Made by a program: the position numbers and the translations under genes | Shown here: positions 61,201-64,000 of the stretch, piece by piece | How positions within the stretch are numbered: the stretch's first letter is position 1 | Layout of the letters: every line of letters begins with the position of its first letter | NCBI RefSeq assembly: GCF_037042905.1 | Contig: NC_087249.1 | Span: 28,272,001-28,336,000, forward strand | Length of the DNA: 64,000 nucleotides | Direction: 5' to 3' | Source of the DNA: Lytechinus pictus | Lineage: Eukaryota | The notes under the pieces: generated by a model | Seen by the model: the letters and a program-made list of their open reading frames with translations, nothing else | Databases searched by the model: none | Told to the model about the DNA's origin: nothing

Positions 61201-63582
61201 TCTCTTGGACGCTACTTTATTTTTATCTAAACATCTTAAACTTAAAAATAATAATTCATATATTCATATTTTTCTTTAATTTATGAGGACCTTTTTATAA
61301 GTTGGGCTACTTTCTAAAATTTTTGGCTACTTTCTAACAATGGTTAAAAAGGTTTCTTGGGGAGGCAGTAAAACAAAACTTAAACATTTACAATAATAAT
61401 GATCTAAAAATACATTGAACTACTACTATACAATTGAGGTATGATAACTCATTCCAAGGTTCTGAAATAAACAATCTTTTTATGAGAATATTTTTTTTAC
61501 CATTGATGTTGGTTTATCTTGTGTCCATAAAGATGTCTGTCTATCAGTGGGTGTGGCCAGGAACATCACAGGAAGATGAGCTCGATTATTGGTGAACTGC
61601 TGACAAATCTCTTCATAATCTGAAGCTGTAATAAAAATTAAAAAAAAACACCAAAATATTTATAAAACCATACAGAAATTGTGCTTGATATACATGTATT
61701 GTGACCCATGCTAGTCCCCGAATGTGGTAACACCCTCTTACACAAGTTTGTGATGTCAAATTATATTATACATTGTGATGCCAGTCTCCCATGAAGAAGC
61801 AAGAAAATTGACTAAATATTCACTTGGTCTGGAGGATTTACTGGCAGCTGGGNNNNNNNNNNNNNNNNNNNNNNNNNNNNNNNNNNNNNNNNNNNNNNNN
61901 NNNNNNNNNNNNNNNNNNNNNNNNNNNNNNNNNNNNNNNNNNNNNNNNNNNNNNNNNNNNNNNNNNNNNNNNNNNNNNNNNNNNNNNNNNNNNNNNNNNN
62001 NNNNNNNNNNNNNNNNNNNNNNNNNNNNNNNNNNNNNNNNNNNNNNNNNNNNNNNNNNNNNNNNNNNNNNNNNNNNNNNNNNNNNNNNNNNNNNNNNNNN
62101 NNNNNNNNNNNNNNNNNNNNNNNNNNNNNNNNNNNNNNNNNNNNNNNNNNNNNNNNNNNNNNNNNNNNNNNNNNNNTACATTGCTGTTATTTTTTAATCC
62201 TCATATAAAAATGAAACATTGTTCATAAAATAATCATAACAACCAAATCATTTCTTCATATGCCTGTAGATTTACCCCTTTCCCTCAATCTTTCTACCGA
62301 TATTTAATGAATGGATGTGACCAACCTTTGAGATCATTGTTGAAGTTGACGATAAGAGGTGTACTCTCCCAGTCATGCTGACAAACAAGATTCAAGAAAT
62401 GTAAGAAACCTGTTTGTGGTGACCTGTACATAGGGAAATAAGTCATGAAAATATCTGTATGTGAGATATATAGCAAATATAGTACATATATATATTGCTT
62501 TATATCCCTCTTATGAATATTCATGAGTATTCTAGGTAAACGATTGGTCAATTCATGGTCATGTGACAAAGTATAATTTCAATAGGAAAATCATCGCTGC
62601 AAATAGCTCTGTATAGTTTTCTTCTAGCTCCATATATTTTTCGATATACTTTCATGCTCCATATGTTATCTCAACGTTGAACTGTGCATGCTCCTAGGCT
62701 CTGACCGCAAATTAAATAAATGAAATAAATACAAGCTCTCGCTCAAATTATTTATCTACAATCGTGAAAAGTCAGTGTAGAATTGGGTCTAGATTATCAT
62801 GCAGGAAATATAATTCCATGACGGCCCTTCATACAAGGCACCTAAATTGATGGCGAATTAGCATACCTAATAAGGTGATTCAAAATCCGATACCAAAGAG
62901 TCTTAAAAATGAGTTAGCTTACAAAATTATCATGAGACTGTTTGCAACTGCAGCGGCGCAGAGCAGCATACTTCTCATTAACTGCAGTCGGGTAGAAGCC
63001 GCGCGCAGCCGGCTTCTAGCAGCTAGCCTGGCTAGCATTAGCTTGACAGGCCTAAGTTAGGACTACGTCCGGCAACGTTAGAATCGGTCTAGATTGATTA
63101 CACATCAGCAAGGACTAGGTCTAGAAGTTAAAGAGGAATATAAAACAAACATATCAGGCGTTTCCTTCGAAAGCGTAGCAGGAATTATTAATCCCCTGTT
63201 GGACTGGCAATATCCTAGGGGCTTCGCCTCTCGGGGAAAATAGTAATTGCCAGTCCAACCTCGGATAAATGATTCCCACTATACTTTCTCAAAGCCTGAC
63301 ATATTTGTATATTAACCCATTGCCTATTGGAAACGGGTGATCCCTGCACAAAGATTATGGGAATCACATAATTCAGTAGTCAACAGGTTAATATGAAATA
63401 AGCAACTGTACCCTGGATAACCAACTTACACTGGGGATGTGAATGGTTCTGGATGCAAGAAGAGGTAGGCTACCAGGAGTTCAATGCACTCTGAGGTCAT
63501 GTGATCAGATAAGAGATGCGACGCTATCCATCGTTTGGCAAGGCGGACCGTCGGACCAAAGGCACTGTGATGCTGGTGAACA
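58141..63582 (-). CDS. NOL6: Nucleolar protein 6 (Nrap/Utp22), 3' seven exons, 5'-partial
   Basis: Minus-strand exons 63582-63430, 62423-62326, 61625-61501, 61079-60987, 60449-60258, 59449-59348 and 58296-58141 are phase-consistent. The peptides VRLAKRWIASHLLS, SPQTGFLHFL...PLIVNFN, LPVMFLATP, IFRPPLDPYDVVIHL, PVVNFDPVQCYLNELR, VALFFHDTYGGDLIAVVW and IPNIEGILQDF...ENWNI* match the NOL6 C-terminus. Confidence 0.93.
58775..59238. mobile_element. MITE-like element in the last NOL6 intron
   Basis: CCCCAAGTCTGCGCA ... TGCGCAGCCTTGGGG inverted ends with repeated TGCGCA subterminal motifs. Confidence 0.5.
59348..59449 (-). CDS. NOL6: NOL6 exon
   Basis: EAFEDVALFFHDTYGGDLIAVVWNRPAFKPQPFK. Confidence 0.92.
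60258..60449 (-). CDS. NOL6: NOL6 exon
   Basis: QIFRPPLDPYDVVIHLRAKLLPRRHQAVD...IPVVNFDPVQCYLNELR. Confidence 0.92.
60987..61079 (-). CDS. NOL6: NOL6 exon
   Basis: IFQRLVELARESFKVLHQQLTEPSTPSIDFK. Confidence 0.9.
61501..61625 (-). CDS. NOL6: NOL6 exon
   Basis: ASDYEEICQQFTNNRAHLPVMFLATPTDRQTSLWTQDKPTSM. Confidence 0.92.
61853..62176. other. Assembly gap (N run) in a NOL6 intron
   Basis: Ns; the NOL6 exons on either side join in frame. Confidence 1.
62326..62423 (-). CDS. NOL6: NOL6 exon
   Basis: SPQTGFLHFLNLVCQHDWESTPLIVNFNNDLK. Confidence 0.92.
63147..63306. repeat. Imperfect palindrome with central GCTTCGC (GCGAAGC) hairpin
   Basis: AAACATATCAGGC...GTTGGACTGGCAAT / ATTGCCAGTCCAAC...GCCTGACATATTT. 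Confidence 0.7.
63316..63387. mobile_element. Minimal piggyBac-like MITE (72 bp)
   Basis: TTAA|CCCATTGCCTATTG ... CAGTAGTCAACAGG|TTAA. Confidence 0.55.
63430..63582 (-). CDS. NOL6: NOL6 exon
   Basis: VHQHHSAFGPTVRLAKRWIASHLLSDHMTSECIELLVAYLFLHPEPFTSP. Confidence 0.92.
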
Positions 63583-64000
63583 CTGGTGGCAACAAGAACA
63601 AAAAAATATATATATGTTCAAAATTTCCTCTTTAAATGATAAGTCATTAGGCAATTACCTTGTAAGATGTTTGCTTACTATGTTGCATTATGGTTCTTAA
63701 GAGGGTGAATGCTCTGATAGACCAGAGGTGAAGTTGTGGCTGTCACAATAGTTGGCAGTTAAAAAAGCCTACACCAACATAACTTGGTGAAAGCCTCATG
63801 AAGTAATTATCCTTCTTTTCTTGATTTTGTATGTAAACAAAGTATAATCCGTAATAATCTGTAAAGGATGAACATATTCTTTCATAAGTAAAGGTACATA
63901 TATTTTTTCAAATGATCAACATCCTAGGGGCTTTCCTCACTTCCTAGGGAGAATTCCTACAAGAAAGAAGCTCAAATGACTTAAAGTGTATAACAATGGC

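Noticed and set aside
61756-62228. ORFs running through the N gap (also 56121-56534)
   Set aside because: Artefacts of unknown bases; the flanking NOL6 exons join in frame without a missing exon.

Overview
AT-rich, intron- and repeat-rich animal genomic DNA. The SINE/MITE families and gene content suggest a sea urchin (echinoid); this is an inference. The ORF track misses most coding sequence because it is split into short exons. Manual splicing recovers five genes: (1) the last six exons of a class C GPCR of the GABA-B-receptor-like type (+, 1991-7887, 5'-partial); (2) a complete 7-exon alpha-arrestin/ARRDC gene with a PPSY motif (+, 11715-20634); (3) a complete 10-exon, 271-aa glucose-6-phosphate 1-epimerase (hexose-6-phosphate mutarotase) homologue (+, 26772-34661), in which the catalytic His, Asp and Glu are replaced while the phosphate-binding arginines are kept, making it a candidate pseudoenzyme or sugar-phosphate binder; (4) a three-Ig-domain receptor with an intronless CDS and six cytoplasmic tyrosine motifs, including an ITAM-like pair (+, 43469-45205); (5) the 3' seven exons of NOL6/Utp22 (-, 58141-63582). 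The rest is tRNA-derived SINEs, many MITEs and foldback elements (Tc1/mariner, Harbinger, CACTG-, hAT-, Kolobok- and piggyBac-type ends), microsatellites and two assembly gaps. There is no CRISPR array and no rRNA. The most interesting items are the pseudo-mutarotase, the Ig receptor, a terminally redundant tRNA-containing element at 16.2-16.5 kb, an MRE cluster upstream of the arrestin and repeated exonic CRE palindromes.
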